IMG/VR virus record: IMGVR_UViG_3300020446_000005
Strand: one strand, 5' to 3'
Origin: an uncultured virus (IMG/VR IMGVR_UViG_3300020446_000005)
Taxonomy: Duplodnaviria; Heunggongvirae; Uroviricota; Caudoviricetes
Length of the DNA: 64,000 bases
Shown here in pieces: positions 36,924 to 47,410 of the stretch (its first letter is position 1; each line of letters opens with the position of its first letter). The notes beneath the pieces were generated by a model. It worked only from the letters and a program-made list of their open reading frames with translations. It was not told where the DNA came from and made no database searches. The translations under genes and the position numbers were made by a program.

Positions 36924-37220
36924 ATGCCACATCAAGATAAAGCTTTTATAGAACATCCTAGTTACAAAATAAAACCAAGAACATCATTAGGATATACTTT
37001 AGGTATCAATAGAGATAAAGATATTATTTCTCCCAAAGAGAGAATAAAAGCTAGTCCTTTTAAAGAAAAGAGGCGTACTAGAATGGCAGGAGAAAAGCGA
37101 GTAGATATTTTTTCTGTTCGTCCTGATCAAGCACCTTTTACTTACACAAAAGGTACTAATTTACCCAAAAGGTTTACTCAAACTTTAGACATTCCAATTG
37201 ATAGGGAGGAAGAAAACTAA
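36924..37220 (+). CDS. Basic hypothetical protein
   Basis: Contains TRMAGEK. Confidence 0.7.
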   Translation: MPHQDKAFIEHPSYKIKPRTSLGYTLGINRDKDIISPKERIKASPFKEKRRTRMAGEKRVDIFSVRPDQAPFTYTKGTNLPKRFTQTLDIPIDREEEN

Positions 37221-37388
37221 ATGGCTAACAAAAAAGGTAAGATGCCACCACAGTTATTAGAGTATTTTAAAAATAAGAATAAAAAGAAAGAAGACGGTAA
37301 GGAAATGTCTGATAAAGAGAAGCGTAAAGAAGCTTTAGATAAATCAAAAATGGTAAAAAAGAAAAAAGAAGATAAGAAAGATAAGTAA
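37221..37388 (+). CDS. Lys-rich small protein (55 aa, not in ORF track)
   Basis: MANKKGKMPPQLLEYFKNK...; GGAGG upstream. Confidence 0.7.
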   Translation: MANKKGKMPPQLLEYFKNKNKKKEDGKEMSDKEKRKEALDKSKMVKKKKEDKKDK

Positions 37389-37435
37389 AAAAACCTTGCT
37401 TTATAATTAAATTAAGTCTTCTTGAATAAATAAAC

Positions 37436-38239
37436 GTGGCAAGTAGTAGTTCAAACAAACAACCATTGATGGTTGACCGCCCAGCAACCAATTCAACGCT
37501 ATGTACAGTTGCGTCGGGACAATCTTTTTTAACAAGTTTAATTCCTACAGCGGTAGGTAATGCGACTAAGGTGTTCGATGTTGACTCTGCATTGACAGAT
37601 ACATCAATTAGTGGAGCATACATAGATGAAATTTGGTTTACTTATACAAAAAGAGTAATTGAAAAGATGGATGCAGTTACTGCCACAACTGCAACTTATA
37701 GTGCAACTGGAGGTGTTTGTACAATTACACTTACTGCTGGACATAATTTAGAAATAGGGCAAAAATTATTTTGTGATTTTAAAACTTATAGTGGAGGAAC
37801 TGTACCAAAAGATGATACCTTTACAGTTCTTGATACAGTAAACTTTACTCCTACAACTTTTGATATAACTATTCCAACTATTCCTAGTGGCACTATTACA
37901 GGTAATGTTGATGTTTCTTTACCTATTGATTTTTGTTTCTATTTAGTAAGTACCGGTACAGTTACCAATATAAATCAATTTTTTCCTTTATTTACTCAAA
38001 GTATTCCACAAGTTGCAGAAAATCAGATATTAAGTACAACATTAACTGAAAAATTACCTTTAATAAATCATCCTGTAGTGCAATCAGGTGCTGCTAATTT
38101 CGGGGCATCTAATAATGAAATAGCACCAAAACAAAGAGGTTTAATGTTAAGAAGAGGACAAGCCTTGTTTGTAGCTGCAAGTGGAGCCAGTGCTTTAACT
38201 AATGGTTTCTATTGTAATGTTCAAGGTGGTTTCTACTAA
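37436..38239 (+). CDS. Virion structural protein with one FCCH-like beta repeat
   Basis: TYSATGGVCTITLTAGHNLEIGQ. Confidence 0.7.
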   Translation: MASSSSNKQPLMVDRPATNSTLCTVASGQSFLTSLIPTAVGNATKVFDVDSALTDTSISGAYIDEIWFTYTKRVIEKMDAVTATTATYSATGGVCTITLTAGHNLEIGQKLFCDFKTYSGGTVPKDDTFTVLDTVNFTPTTFDITIPTIPSGTITGNVDVSLPIDFCFYLVSTGTVTNINQFFPLFTQSIPQVAENQILSTTLTEKLPLINHPVVQSGAANFGASNNEIAPKQRGLMLRRGQALFVAASGASALTNGFYCNVQGGFY

Positions 38240-38244
38240 AAAAA

Positions 38245-40515
38245 ATGTCATTCGGATTTAAAAAATTCGAAGATAAATCAAATTTCGAATTTAAAAATAA
38301 TTTTAAAAGTTTTGAAAATAAACCTAAAGAACCTAGTGTCTATCCAAGAGGATCAGATGGCTATGCTTTAGAGAGTGAAGTAAAATTTTATAATCAGGAT
38401 TCTCTATGGACTAGATGGAGAAGAGGATATGAATTATATACATTTACACAAACAATATTAGGATCAACTTCTAAGGAAAGAGATAAGAGAGGTGACTATA
38501 GATTATTTTTTACATTTCAACAATTTCCAGGAGTTTTTATTCCTGCAAGAATTTTTACTTTTCCTTCTACTAATCAAGAATTAGGTGAGCATATTTGTGG
38601 GATGCGTGATACAGATGGATTTAGTTTTTACGAATTTGGATTACCAATATTAGAAGTAAGATATTTAGCTCCCTCCGTTAATGCAATTTATTCACAAAGT
38701 GGGACGACTTTAATTGTTACTAAAAATGATCATGGATTATTTCCAGGCGATGATGTGTTTTTAGATATTTCTTCAGGTAGTGCAACAGATGAAACATTAA
38801 CTATTCAAAGTAAGACACAAAATACTTTTACCGTTACAGCATCAAGTTCTGCATCGACTTCTGGGAATGTTACTTATCATAATTCTACAGAATTTAATGA
38901 TACCCGATGGAGATTTGTAAGAGTAAAACTAAGATCTTTACCTACTGAAGTTGCCTTTTTAGAAGGAGAAAGAATGGCAGATCGAATTATAGAAAGAGAT
39001 CCCGGAATATCATCTACATATTCAAGATCAGGATCAACTGTAACAGTGACTTGTAGTTCAGTTCATGGTTTATCTACAGGAAATAAAGTATTTTTAGATG
39101 TGAGCACCGGTAATGTACCATCTGGTAGATACACAATAGAAGTTACAAGCACCACAGAATTTAAAGTTACAACAATAACAAGTGGAACAACTTCTGGTAA
39201 TTTAACCCTATCTAGATTATTAAGAGGGTTTAGATATGACGATTATGTTGGATACACGGTTACAGGTTCTGATGTTTCAACTAATGAGATTATTTTTCAA
39301 AAAGCAGATAGTTATGGAGCAAAAACTATAGATACTATTGCCAAAACTACTGTACCTGCTCATAGAGGTTTTGCTGTAGGAAGATTTTTAACAACAGAAT
39401 TAAGATGGAATTGTAGTTGTCAGGACTTTTCTAGAAGAGACAGTTATGATTTATTTAGTCAAAAGAATCATGAGAAGTTTCCAGTAACAGCCATTAGAGA
39501 TACAAAGCCAGGAAATATAATTCAAAATGATGGAACGATAGATGAAAGAAGAGATGAACCAGGTGTATTTAGAGATTTAGGTTATGTCACAATAAATAAT
39601 TTTTATCAATTACCAGAATACGAAGATAAAAAAGAAGATTCTTTTCAAAATTTACAATATTATCAATTACGATGGTGCAAGCATATTTATGCAGCGATGT
39701 GGTCTATTCTTCATGATGAAGGTAATGAACCACTAAAGTTAGCAGCAACATATACCCAAGATGGTATTAACATTACTGTTGATTTTGAAAATCATAATTT
39801 AAATAAAAACGATAAAATTCAATTAAATTTTACAAGTGGAAATGCAATATCCGGTGAATACACTATAAGTGATGTTCCTAATCCTAATAGTTTTACTGTT
39901 GTTTATCCGTTTGTACAAACTACAGGGGGCTATGTAACTGTAGAAAATTTAAAAAAACATGAATATGTTGGTGCATGGTTATTAGAACCTAACGATAAAC
40001 CTATAGGTAAAGGTTTAGAAAATTGGGAAAAAAGATGGGCAAAAGAAAAAAGAAGAATGCAAGAAGCTGTTGAAATTTTTGCTTTATATAATAGGTCAAC
40101 AAAATGGCAAGGTAATAAAAATATTATTGGTGATTTTAATTTACCTCAAGATGTAGCAGACTTTGATCCATCCGTAATTGCAATGACCCTTACTGACAGT
40201 TTAAAAAGAGATTCCAAAGGTAATTTAGATAGATCTGGAAAACAATTAAATACAACAAATAGATTGATTGCAATGGTAAATAAATTATTTAACAAGGCAC
40301 CTACAGTTTTAGATGATATAAAACTTGGAATAGTAAATAAACCTTTAATTGAATTTACTAATGCTTTTGAATCAGGATTATTAAAAGCAGGTGATTATAT
40401 AAATGGAGAATTAATAGATTCTGCAGTAACAACAAGTAATTTAGATGCAGGAACATATAATCCAGAGACTGCTCAAGATACAGTAGTAGATGCAGGATTA
40501 TATATTAATAGTTAA
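38245..40515 (+). CDS. Structural-region protein with three FCCH-like repeats and a SWIM-like zinc finger
   Basis: YSQSGTT..HGL, YSRSGST..HGL, YTQDG..HNL; WNCSCQDF...WCKHIYA. Confidence 0.75.
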   Translation: MSFGFKKFEDKSNFEFKNNFKSFENKPKEPSVYPRGSDGYALESEVKFYNQDSLWTRWRRGYELYTFTQTILGSTSKERDKRGDYRLFFTFQQFPGVFIPARIFTFPSTNQELGEHICGMRDTDGFSFYEFGLPILEVRYLAPSVNAIYSQSGTTLIVTKNDHGLFPGDDVFLDISSGSATDETLTIQSKTQNTFTVTASSSASTSGNVTYHNSTEFNDTRWRFVRVKLRSLPTEVAFLEGERMADRIIERDPGISSTYSRSGSTVTVTCSSVHGLSTGNKVFLDVSTGNVPSGRYTIEVTSTTEFKVTTITSGTTSGNLTLSRLLRGFRYDDYVGYTVTGSDVSTNEIIFQKADSYGAKTIDTIAKTTVPAHRGFAVGRFLTTELRWNCSCQDFSRRDSYDLFSQKNHEKFPVTAIRDTKPGNIIQNDGTIDERRDEPGVFRDLGYVTINNFYQLPEYEDKKEDSFQNLQYYQLRWCKHIYAAMWSILHDEGNEPLKLAATYTQDGINITVDFENHNLNKNDKIQLNFTSGNAISGEYTISDVPNPNSFTVVYPFVQTTGGYVTVENLKKHEYVGAWLLEPNDKPIGKGLENWEKRWAKEKRRMQEAVEIFALYNRSTKWQGNKNIIGDFNLPQDVADFDPSVIAMTLTDSLKRDSKGNLDRSGKQLNTTNRLIAMVNKLFNKAPTVLDDIKLGIVNKPLIEFTNAFESGLLKAGDYINGELIDSAVTTSNLDAGTYNPETAQDTVVDAGLYINS

Positions 40516-40517
40516 TT

Positions 40518-40958
40518 ATGGCAGTACAAATTCAAAGCCGTAGATCAAGTACAGCAAATGATAGACCTTTTCCCATAAGGCTTGGTGAGGGAGAATTAGC
40601 ATTAAATAATAATAGTGTGAGTCCAGGTTTATTTTTTGCAGATAATACTGCCTCTCCAAGTACAGGATTGATTAAAGTAGGTCCAGTACATATTGGTTCT
40701 ACTGCTCCAAATACTTCTGCAGCTGGTTTTACATCTTTAAGTAAAGGTGAAACTTGGTTAGATACAACCAGTACTCATATCTTTAAAGTCTATGATGGAG
40801 CTGCATTTCAAATTGCAAAAGCCGTTGCTTCAGTTTCTGCAGGTCAGCCAGCTAATCCAGTTAATGGACAGTTACACTGGGATACGGCTGGAGGTGGAAG
40901 TGGGGTTTTAAAAATATATTTATCTGCAAGTTCTAATTGGGTTGATGTTGGTTCTTAA
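40518..40958 (+). CDS. Tail fibre-related protein (Mtd N-terminal-like)
   Basis: IQSRRSS...LGEGELALN; GETWLDT; GQLHWD. Confidence 0.7.
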   Translation: MAVQIQSRRSSTANDRPFPIRLGEGELALNNNSVSPGLFFADNTASPSTGLIKVGPVHIGSTAPNTSAAGFTSLSKGETWLDTTSTHIFKVYDGAAFQIAKAVASVSAGQPANPVNGQLHWDTAGGGSGVLKIYLSASSNWVDVGS

Positions 40959-41200
40959 TTTTTGCTTAGTAAATGGTCAAGTATTCTATCCAGTTTTGTA
41001 TGGACAGCTTGCATTTCTCTTAAAAAATCTTCTTTCAAAACGTAATCATGAATAACTTCATTTCTTAGTCTATCAACATTTGTTTCTATATTTTCAAATC
41101 TTTTGTCTAATTTTTTATTAAAATTTCCTAGAGCTCTACTAATACCGGCAAAAGCTCCAACGCTTCCCGAAATAATAGCTGCAATTAATTGTGGTTCCAC
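40955..41200 (-). CDS. Small TM plus coiled-coil protein
   Basis: Hydrophobic N-terminus; YVLKEDF...KLDRILD. Confidence 0.7.
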   Translation of the reverse strand: MEPQLIAAIISGSVGAFAGISRALGNFNKKLDKRFENIETNVDRLRNEVIHDYVLKEDFLREMQAVHTKLDRILDHLLSKN

Positions 41201-41269
41201 TTTGTATTCCTCCCTATCTCTATTCTATAGGGTTTTTACATTTTAAAATATTAAGAGTAGGATACTTTT

Positions 41270-41800
41270 ATGGCAACAGGATACGAACCAAATATAGAAG
41301 GAGCTATTGCTGCTCTAAGAGACTTGATGATAGCTAATAATGTAAACATGGCTCGTCAACCATATGAGCCAAATTATAGAGGATTAGTTGATGCAGTAAT
41401 TGATTTAAAAGAAGGATTTCCAACTTTTGCTCCAGCACAAGTCACTTTTACAGCTACTGCATTTGAGGCTGTGACTGAGGGAGATGCTTTATTTATGCGT
41501 ACATCTGATGGAAAAGTTGGTAAAGCCAGTGCTGCAAATGGGTTATTAGAGAATTCTTCTGTAATAGGATTTGCACAAATATCAGCATTAGCAGATGAAT
41601 CATTACAAGTTGTTGTTGCTGGTTTAAAAGATATATCCGGATTAGACGCAGGGGATTTGTTTTTCTTATCTGCAACTACATCTGGTGGTATAACCAAAAC
41701 CCCTCCATCTACTGCTGGACAAGCAGTCGTAAGAATTGGAGAAGCTGCAACAAATACAAAATTATCTATTCAAATTGAACCACCTATTAAATTAAGTTAA
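41270..41800 (+). CDS. Virion structural protein, paralog A (cement-like)
   Basis: YEPN repeats; GDALF, GLDAGDLFFLS, VRIGEA. Confidence 0.7.
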   Translation: MATGYEPNIEGAIAALRDLMIANNVNMARQPYEPNYRGLVDAVIDLKEGFPTFAPAQVTFTATAFEAVTEGDALFMRTSDGKVGKASAANGLLENSSVIGFAQISALADESLQVVVAGLKDISGLDAGDLFFLSATTSGGITKTPPSTAGQAVVRIGEAATNTKLSIQIEPPIKLS

Positions 41801-42252
41801 TGTCTTACAGTCCTTATGCACCTAATGCTCAGGGTCTTACTGAAGCATTATTAGATTTAAAAAGTAATTTTCCAGGTCAGGTAGCAAATAAGATAAATGG
41901 GTTTGCAGCTAATGCTTTTGAAAATTTAAATCAGGGAGATGCTGTTTTTTCTAGAGCTAGTGATGGACAATTAGGAAAAGCAATTGCTAATGATACTCAA
42001 GATAAAGCAAGAGTTGTAGGATTTGTAGAAACGACTGTCACTGCAGGAAGTTTAGTCAGATGTATTGTAGAAGGAGTAACTCCTGTATCTGGTTTAGATG
42101 CTGGGGATCATTATTTTTTATCTGCTAGTTCTGCCGGAGCTATAGTCAAAACTCCTCCATCAAGTTCGGGACACTTTGTCACTAGAGTAGGTGAAGCTGC
42201 AAGTAGTGCTTCGTTAGTAGTTAAAACAGAGCCTCCTATAGAAATAGTCTGA
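41800..42252 (+). CDS. Virion structural protein, paralog B
   Basis: Colinear with 41270-41800 (GDAVF, GLDAGDHYFLS, TRVGEA, EPPI). Confidence 0.7.
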   Translation: MSYSPYAPNAQGLTEALLDLKSNFPGQVANKINGFAANAFENLNQGDAVFSRASDGQLGKAIANDTQDKARVVGFVETTVTAGSLVRCIVEGVTPVSGLDAGDHYFLSASSAGAIVKTPPSSSGHFVTRVGEAASSASLVVKTEPPIEIV

Positions 42253-42317
42253 AGCTTGGTCATCGTAAAATAAATATAAATAAGTTCTTTTAGTAAAGAA
42301 CTTGATCGAGATATTAA

Positions 42318-43727
42318 ATGGCAACTAGGAAGGCGTTAGTACTTGTTTCTGGTCTTTTTCAGGAGTTAAATTCTTCTTCTGATAAATTAGATTTTGCTGG
42401 AAATAGCACTACCGATTTAAGTGAGGGCACAAATGAATATTTTACACAAACGAGAGCCAGAGGTTCAGTAAGTGGTAATAGTTCTCAGGGATTGACATAT
42501 AATTCATCGTCAGGAGCATTTGGTCTTGCCAACATACCAAATGCCTCATTAACTAATTCATCTTTAACAATAGGGAGCACAGCCGTTGGTCTTGGTGCAA
42601 CAGTCACAAACTTTGCAGGATTAGGACAACTTGTAATGTCCGACCTTATTGTAGGAACTGGTGCTGGTAATGCAAATGCTATAAATATTCAATCAGGACA
42701 GATAATTTTCGAAGGGTCTACAGCTAATGACTTTGAAACAATTATTAGTGTTACTGATCCTACCGCAGATAGAGGTATAGTTTTCCCTGATGCAGGAGGA
42801 ACAGTTGCATTAACAAGCGATATTGTTTATCCAGTAACTCCAACTAATTCTGTAACTCTTACAAATAAAACTCTTACTCTTGGAAATAATACAATATCTG
42901 GAACTTTTGCTCAATTTAATACTGCTGTTACTGACGCAACTCTTGTTTCTACAACGGGTTCTGAAACTTTAACCAATAAATCTGTCAACCTTGCAAATAA
43001 TACTTTAACTGGAACATTAGCTCAATTTAATACGGCTGTTTCAGATGCTACATTAGTTTCTACAACAGGTACAGAAACTTTAACAAATAAAAGTCTTACC
43101 GCTCCTGTCCTTACAGGATCTTCAGCTAGTGCTGGAAGCATAATTTTTAAAGAAGATACTGATAACGGAACAAATTCTGCAACATTAAAAGGACCTGCAT
43201 CGACTGCTGATGTAACAATTACTCTTCCAGCTGAGACAGGAACTGTTCTTACTACTGGATCTTCAATTGCTAACAGTAATCTTGCAAATAGTTCTTTAAC
43301 TATTGGTAGTACTGGACTTGCTCTTGGAGGAAGTGCTACAACATTTACTGGCTTAGCATCCATAACTTCTACAGCCGTAATCACGAATGACAGTGGATTC
43401 AGAATTAGAAATAATTCAGATAATACGAAAATTGGAGCTTTTAGTTCTGCCTCTATTACAGGTGGTAATACAAGAACATTAACATTTCCTGATGCCGATG
43501 GAACTATAGCAACTCAAGCTTATGTAAACGCTCAGATTACTGCTGAAGATTTAGATATTGAGGCTGACTCTGGAACAATTGCTATTGATCTTAATTCAGA
43601 AGTTTTAGATATTGAGGGTGGAACCAATATCACTACCGCTGCAACAGGTAACAAAGTTACAATTAATATGTCAGGATCCTTTGCAACGGAGGATTTTGCT
43701 ACCGCAATCGCAGTGGCTTTAGGATAG
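42318..43727 (+). CDS. Tail fibre protein with 37-aa tandem repeat
   Basis: TLTNK repeats; (F/L)AQFNTAV(T/S)DATLVSTTG twice; ends AIAVALG. Confidence 0.8.
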   Translation: MATRKALVLVSGLFQELNSSSDKLDFAGNSTTDLSEGTNEYFTQTRARGSVSGNSSQGLTYNSSSGAFGLANIPNASLTNSSLTIGSTAVGLGATVTNFAGLGQLVMSDLIVGTGAGNANAINIQSGQIIFEGSTANDFETIISVTDPTADRGIVFPDAGGTVALTSDIVYPVTPTNSVTLTNKTLTLGNNTISGTFAQFNTAVTDATLVSTTGSETLTNKSVNLANNTLTGTLAQFNTAVSDATLVSTTGTETLTNKSLTAPVLTGSSASAGSIIFKEDTDNGTNSATLKGPASTADVTITLPAETGTVLTTGSSIANSNLANSSLTIGSTGLALGGSATTFTGLASITSTAVITNDSGFRIRNNSDNTKIGAFSSASITGGNTRTLTFPDADGTIATQAYVNAQITAEDLDIEADSGTIAIDLNSEVLDIEGGTNITTAATGNKVTINMSGSFATEDFATAIAVALG

Positions 43728-43731
43728 TATT

Positions 43732-44136
43732 ATGTCAACCCAAGTTCAATTCAGAAGAGGAACAACAGCAGATCATTCAGGTTTTAGAGGAGCTGATGGA
43801 GAGGTAACTGTAGATACTTCATTAAGAACTGTTGTTATTCATGATGCAATTACAACCGGAGGATTTCCATTACTTAGACAAGATGGTTCAAACTGTGCAT
43901 TTAGTAAATCAGCTTCAGCCTCAAATTGTGCTTTAAAATTTGAAGGAGATCCAAATACAGGATTAATTAGTCCTGTTAGTGATGAGATATCATTAGTTAC
44001 TGGCGGATTTGCACGTCTTACAATAGATTCTAACGGGTCAGTTACAATTCCAGGTAATGTTACTGTGCAAGGAACATTATCTGCTACAACAACAGACTTT
44101 ACCGATAACATTGCATTAATTCTCGCTCTCGGCTGA
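43732..44136 (+). CDS. Tail fibre-related protein (Mtd N-terminal-like)
   Basis: VQFRRGTT...GADGEVTVDT...HDAITTGG. Confidence 0.75.
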   Translation: MSTQVQFRRGTTADHSGFRGADGEVTVDTSLRTVVIHDAITTGGFPLLRQDGSNCAFSKSASASNCALKFEGDPNTGLISPVSDEISLVTGGFARLTIDSNGSVTIPGNVTVQGTLSATTTDFTDNIALILALG

Positions 44137-44137
44137 T

Positions 44138-44476
44138 ATGGCAAATACCTTCAAAAGTGATACGAAATCAAGCGTAGTTACTGATGCTGTGACAAGCACT
44201 AACACAAATATTGTTACTGCAGGAGGTTCAGCAACACTAGTTATACTTAGTATTTTAATCTCTAACAAAACAGGGACGAGTGCTCAAACTGATGTTTTTC
44301 TCGTTACAGCAGGTGATAATGTTCACCTTATAAAAAATGCTCCAGTTCCTGCAGGATCCTCTTTAGAAATAATTAGTGGTTCAAAAATAATTATGGAATC
44401 CAATGATGTTTTACGAGTCAGAGCAGGGACAGCTAGTGCTTTAGATGTAACCGTAAGTTACTTAGAACAGACTTAA
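44138..44476 (+). CDS. Tail-associated structural protein
   Basis: MANTFK...APVPAGSSLE...SYLEQT. Confidence 0.7.
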   Translation: MANTFKSDTKSSVVTDAVTSTNTNIVTAGGSATLVILSILISNKTGTSAQTDVFLVTAGDNVHLIKNAPVPAGSSLEIISGSKIIMESNDVLRVRAGTASALDVTVSYLEQT

Positions 44477-44489
44477 GGAGGTATAACAC

Positions 44490-45650
44490 ATGGCTCTTAA
44501 TACAGTAAGTTCAGACAGACTTTCTACAAATGTAAAGAATACAAACTTTACAGAAGCTGAAAAACAAGATTTAACAGATGATATAAAACCTTTATTAGGT
44601 TCCTCTGGCGGTGGCAATAAAAATTTAATAATTAATGGTGCGATGAATGTTGCTCAGAGAGGTACAAGTTCTACTGGGTTAGGTACATCAGCAGGATATT
44701 TTACTCTTGACAGATATAGAACTACCTTTTCTAATACAGCAGGTCGTGTAACTATGGAACAAGTTGCAGATGTGCATGATGGTTTTGCTAATGCTATGAA
44801 ATTTAGTTGCACTACAGCAGACACTAGCATTGGTAGTAATGAGTATTTTATACTTCAACAAAAAATTGAAGGTCAAAACTTACAACAACTAAAAAAAGGT
44901 TCATCTGATGCAGAACAATTTACTGTATCTTTTTATGTTAAAGGTAATGCTAGTGCAACGTATGTTGTTGAGATTTATGATTTAGATAACAATAGACAAA
45001 TATCAAAAACATTTTCTGTAACAACAAATTGGACAAGAGTAGAGCTTACGTTTCCTGCTGATACCACTGGTGCTTTTGATGATGATAATAATGCTAGTTT
45101 ACAACTGGGAATATGGTTACATGCTGGGTCAACCTATACAAGTGGAACATTAAACTCTAGTGCTTTTGCAGCAGTGACAAGTGCCAATAGAGCAGTAGGC
45201 ATATCATCTATCTTTGATAGCACAGCTAGAACATTCTTTATTACAGGAGTTCAATTAGAAGTGGGCAACGTGGCGACTGAGTTCGATCATAGGTCATTTG
45301 GTCAGGAGCTTGAACTTTGTCAGCGATACTATCAAAAATCTTATGACTATTCAACTACTCCAGGAACTGCTACGACCATTGGTAGTATTTCTAACACCGC
45401 ATACGCTGCTATCAACTATGCAGGTAATTCTGTTCAATTACCCGTTAGGATGAGAACTACACCAACAGTAACTCTCTATAGCACTACTACTGGTGCTACT
45501 GGAAAAATAAATGCTGATAGTGGGGTAGGTACTGGACAGGCAACTTATATTGGCGAAAAAAACTTCTTTGCTCATCGTCAAGATGATGGTACTGGAGTAG
45601 GTGCTAACGTATATATAAGATTTCAGTTTCAAGCTGTAGCAGAACTATGA
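44490..45650 (+). CDS. Tail fibre / receptor-binding protein with carbohydrate-binding-like domain
   Basis: NLIINGAMNVAQRG...QKIEG...GVQLEVG...ELCQRYY. Confidence 0.8.
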   Translation: MALNTVSSDRLSTNVKNTNFTEAEKQDLTDDIKPLLGSSGGGNKNLIINGAMNVAQRGTSSTGLGTSAGYFTLDRYRTTFSNTAGRVTMEQVADVHDGFANAMKFSCTTADTSIGSNEYFILQQKIEGQNLQQLKKGSSDAEQFTVSFYVKGNASATYVVEIYDLDNNRQISKTFSVTTNWTRVELTFPADTTGAFDDDNNASLQLGIWLHAGSTYTSGTLNSSAFAAVTSANRAVGISSIFDSTARTFFITGVQLEVGNVATEFDHRSFGQELELCQRYYQKSYDYSTTPGTATTIGSISNTAYAAINYAGNSVQLPVRMRTTPTVTLYSTTTGATGKINADSGVGTGQATYIGEKNFFAHRQDDGTGVGANVYIRFQFQAVAEL

Positions 45651-46021
45651 ATTACAAATTTTACAAACGTCCAGATGGCACACAAGTTGATGATGCTATT
45701 TGTAGAATCACACCTGATGGAGTGATTTCAACTATCCCATTTTCAGAAGGCAATACCGACTACCAAGAGTACCTATTATGGGTAGCAGAGGGAAACACAG
45801 CAGAGAAACCTGATGGATTAACTTGGGATGATATCAGATCTACAAGAGATCAAATATTAAGAGATACAGATTGGACAATGACAACTGGAGCTACTGTAGA
45901 TCAAGCTCAGTGGGCTGCATATAGACAAAACATAAGAGATATTCCTCAAACTTATAAAGATCAAACTCCTGATGATGTTGTATGGCCTACACAACCATCA
46001 ACAGCTGGTCCTAATACTTAA
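45647..46021 (+). CDS. Tail fibre assembly chaperone
   Basis: NTDYQEYLLW plus IRSTRDQILRDTDW...WAAYRQNIRDIP...WP. Confidence 0.8.
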   Translation: MNYKFYKRPDGTQVDDAICRITPDGVISTIPFSEGNTDYQEYLLWVAEGNTAEKPDGLTWDDIRSTRDQILRDTDWTMTTGATVDQAQWAAYRQNIRDIPQTYKDQTPDDVVWPTQPSTAGPNT

Positions 46022-46099
46022 AATTTTTCGAAAATTAGCAATAATTTCTAAAAATTACCCTCTGTAAAATAATAGAAGTAATAAGAGATTTAAGTAATC

Positions 46100-46795
46100 A
46101 TGCCATATATTGGTAATGACATAAGGGCTAATAATGATTACAAAACGATTGATGATATATCAAGTTCGTTTAATGGGAGTACAACATCATTTTCTCTTTT
46201 AGTAGGTGGAGCTGCACCAGTTCCTTTTCCTAAATATGAAACACAATTAATTATATCTGTAGGTGGTGTAATTCAAGAACCAGATTCATCTGGTACAACC
46301 GGATTTAAATTATCCGGAACAAATATTGTTTTTAGCTCTGCTCCTGCATCTGGAGAAAATTTCTTCGGAGTAATTTTTGCATCTGCTGATTATTTAAATG
46401 CTGGAGGAACTTTTCCTGACGGAACAAATACAGTTCCTTCTATAACTTTTTCAGATGATACAGACACGGGATTATTTCGTGTTGGATCTGGAACTGTAGC
46501 TATTACATCTAATGGTACAAAGGTAGCTCAATTCCCCACCAGCACTGGGAGTGCCAACCAGGTGCTTGCCACAGATGGTGCAGGAACTCTCTCGTTTGTA
46601 GATCAATCCGGAGGTGGAGCTGTTGGAGGTGGGTCTGACAAGGTGATAATAGAAAATGGGAAGACAATTACAACTAATTACACAATTGGAACCGAATTTG
46701 GATCTACTTGCAACGCTGGTAGCTTTGGTCCAATAACAATAAACGCAGGCGTGACCCTCACGATACCTAGCGGTTCAGTCTACACGGTGGTTTAA
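46100..46795 (+). CDS. Tail fibre-related protein
   Basis: MPYIGN, SFNGSTTSF, VGGVIQEP, GPITINAGVTLTIP. Confidence 0.75.
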   Translation: MPYIGNDIRANNDYKTIDDISSSFNGSTTSFSLLVGGAAPVPFPKYETQLIISVGGVIQEPDSSGTTGFKLSGTNIVFSSAPASGENFFGVIFASADYLNAGGTFPDGTNTVPSITFSDDTDTGLFRVGSGTVAITSNGTKVAQFPTSTGSANQVLATDGAGTLSFVDQSGGGAVGGGSDKVIIENGKTITTNYTIGTEFGSTCNAGSFGPITINAGVTLTIPSGSVYTVV

Positions 46796-46798
46796 ATT

Positions 46799-47410
46799 AT
46801 GCCTATTACAATTAATGGATCAGGAACAGTAACAGGAGTCTCAGTAGGAGGACTACCTGACGGTATTGTTGATACTGATATGCTTGCTAATGGTGCTGTA
46901 ACCGCAACTAAAAGAGGTGCTGGAGCTATTCTTCAAGTTGTTCAATTTAGAAAGACTGATACTTTTAGTTCTTCCAATAATGGTTTTGTAGATATTGGTG
47001 TTGCTGTTGATATTACTCCTATAGCAGCAGGGAGTAAAATTTTAATTTATGCAGGATATTCTGGATATACTGTTAAAGGGTCAGGCGGTGCTGGAAAAAT
47101 AGTTAGAACAATAGGTGGCTCTGCTCAAGATATAGGAAAAGCTGATGCTGCTAGTGCAAGAAATGTTTCATCTTTTTCTGGTCATTTATACACAGCAGAT
47201 GGTTCAAACTCTAATTTAATGTCATTAGCTGCTCATACTCAACTTTTAGATACGCCAACTTATTCCGTAGGTAACACAATAAATTACAAAATACAATGTC
47301 ATCCCGAAAATCACGAATTAAGAATAAATTATCAAGAAAATGATGTTGATAATACAGGTGATGGAAATAGAACAACTAGCTACATCACTTGCATGGAGGT
47401 AGCAGCATGA
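46799..47410 (+). CDS. Short fibre/tip protein, paralog 1
   Basis: GAILQVV...SKILI...ITCMEVAA. Confidence 0.75.
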   Translation: MPITINGSGTVTGVSVGGLPDGIVDTDMLANGAVTATKRGAGAILQVVQFRKTDTFSSSNNGFVDIGVAVDITPIAAGSKILIYAGYSGYTVKGSGGAGKIVRTIGGSAQDIGKADAASARNVSSFSGHLYTADGSNSNLMSLAAHTQLLDTPTYSVGNTINYKIQCHPENHELRINYQENDVDNTGDGNRTTSYITCMEVAA

